DNA of 63,332 nucleotides, the filler included, from Octopus bimaculoides (lineage: Eukaryota), in NCBI RefSeq assembly GCF_001194135.2. It is 8 parts of 7 records of this genome, joined end to end, with 100 filler letters (N's around TTAATTAATTAA, not from the genome) between each part and the next. Parts side by side here need not be neighbours in the genome. Positions count along the whole stretch, not along the records: positions 61,734 to 63,332 come from NC_069005.1; 7 more parts are not named here. The stretch is one strand, 5' to 3'. The notes under the pieces were generated by a model, which saw only the letters and a program-made list of their open reading frames with translations, was not told the origin of the DNA and did no database searches. Shown one piece after another: positions 63,241 to 63,332 of this stretch (the stretch's first letter is position 1; each line of letters starts with the position of its first letter). The position numbers and the translations under genes are program-made.

Positions 63241-63332
63241 GGTAGGTAGGTAGGTACAAGTGAGAAATTCTTATCCCCAGACCAGCTGTTCAGCTCATCC
63301 TAGAGTTTCTTAAAACGTATTATATATATATA

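Overview
AT-rich, microsatellite- and retroelement-saturated animal genomic DNA. The SINE/LINE repertoire most resembles an octopod cephalopod; this is inference from recalled repeat families, not a database hit. The window is not one natural locus: seven artificial spacers (44 N + TTAATTAATTAA + 44 N) join eight segments (1-14423, 14524-37385, 37486-39472, 39573-43318, 43419-49239, 49340-59434, 59535-61633, 61734-63332). The only recognisable cellular gene is an intronless, poly(A)-tailed LSM1 retrocopy (38661-39059, minus). Most of the rest is repeat debris: tRNA-derived SINEs of several modular types, LINE fragments (RTE-X, Expander/BovB-like RTE, CR1, Tx1/L1, R4/Dong), Penelope-like elements (PLE), Tc1/mariner and other DNA-transposon remnants, and simple repeats. 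The main discovery is a set of small type I hammerhead ribozymes (HHR) from several repeat families. Two related 590-720 bp fold-back elements (511-1103, 11609-12331) carry one HHR per arm and show compensatory stem I changes between the copies (TTCAGG/CCTGAA vs TCCAGA/TCTGGA), plus a palindromic ACATGT stem III and an implied ~350-nt tandem monomer. A 499-bp-period HHR unit ending in a perfect 56-bp fold-back sits at 4994-5649. Further HHRs lie at 23498, 35724 and 61496, with a degenerate one at 320. Together they suggest PLE/retrozyme-like self-cleaving RNA elements that integrate with hairpin fold-backs. Nearly all ORFs in the supplied track are microsatellite or N-gap artefacts. Boundaries of degraded repeats are approximate.
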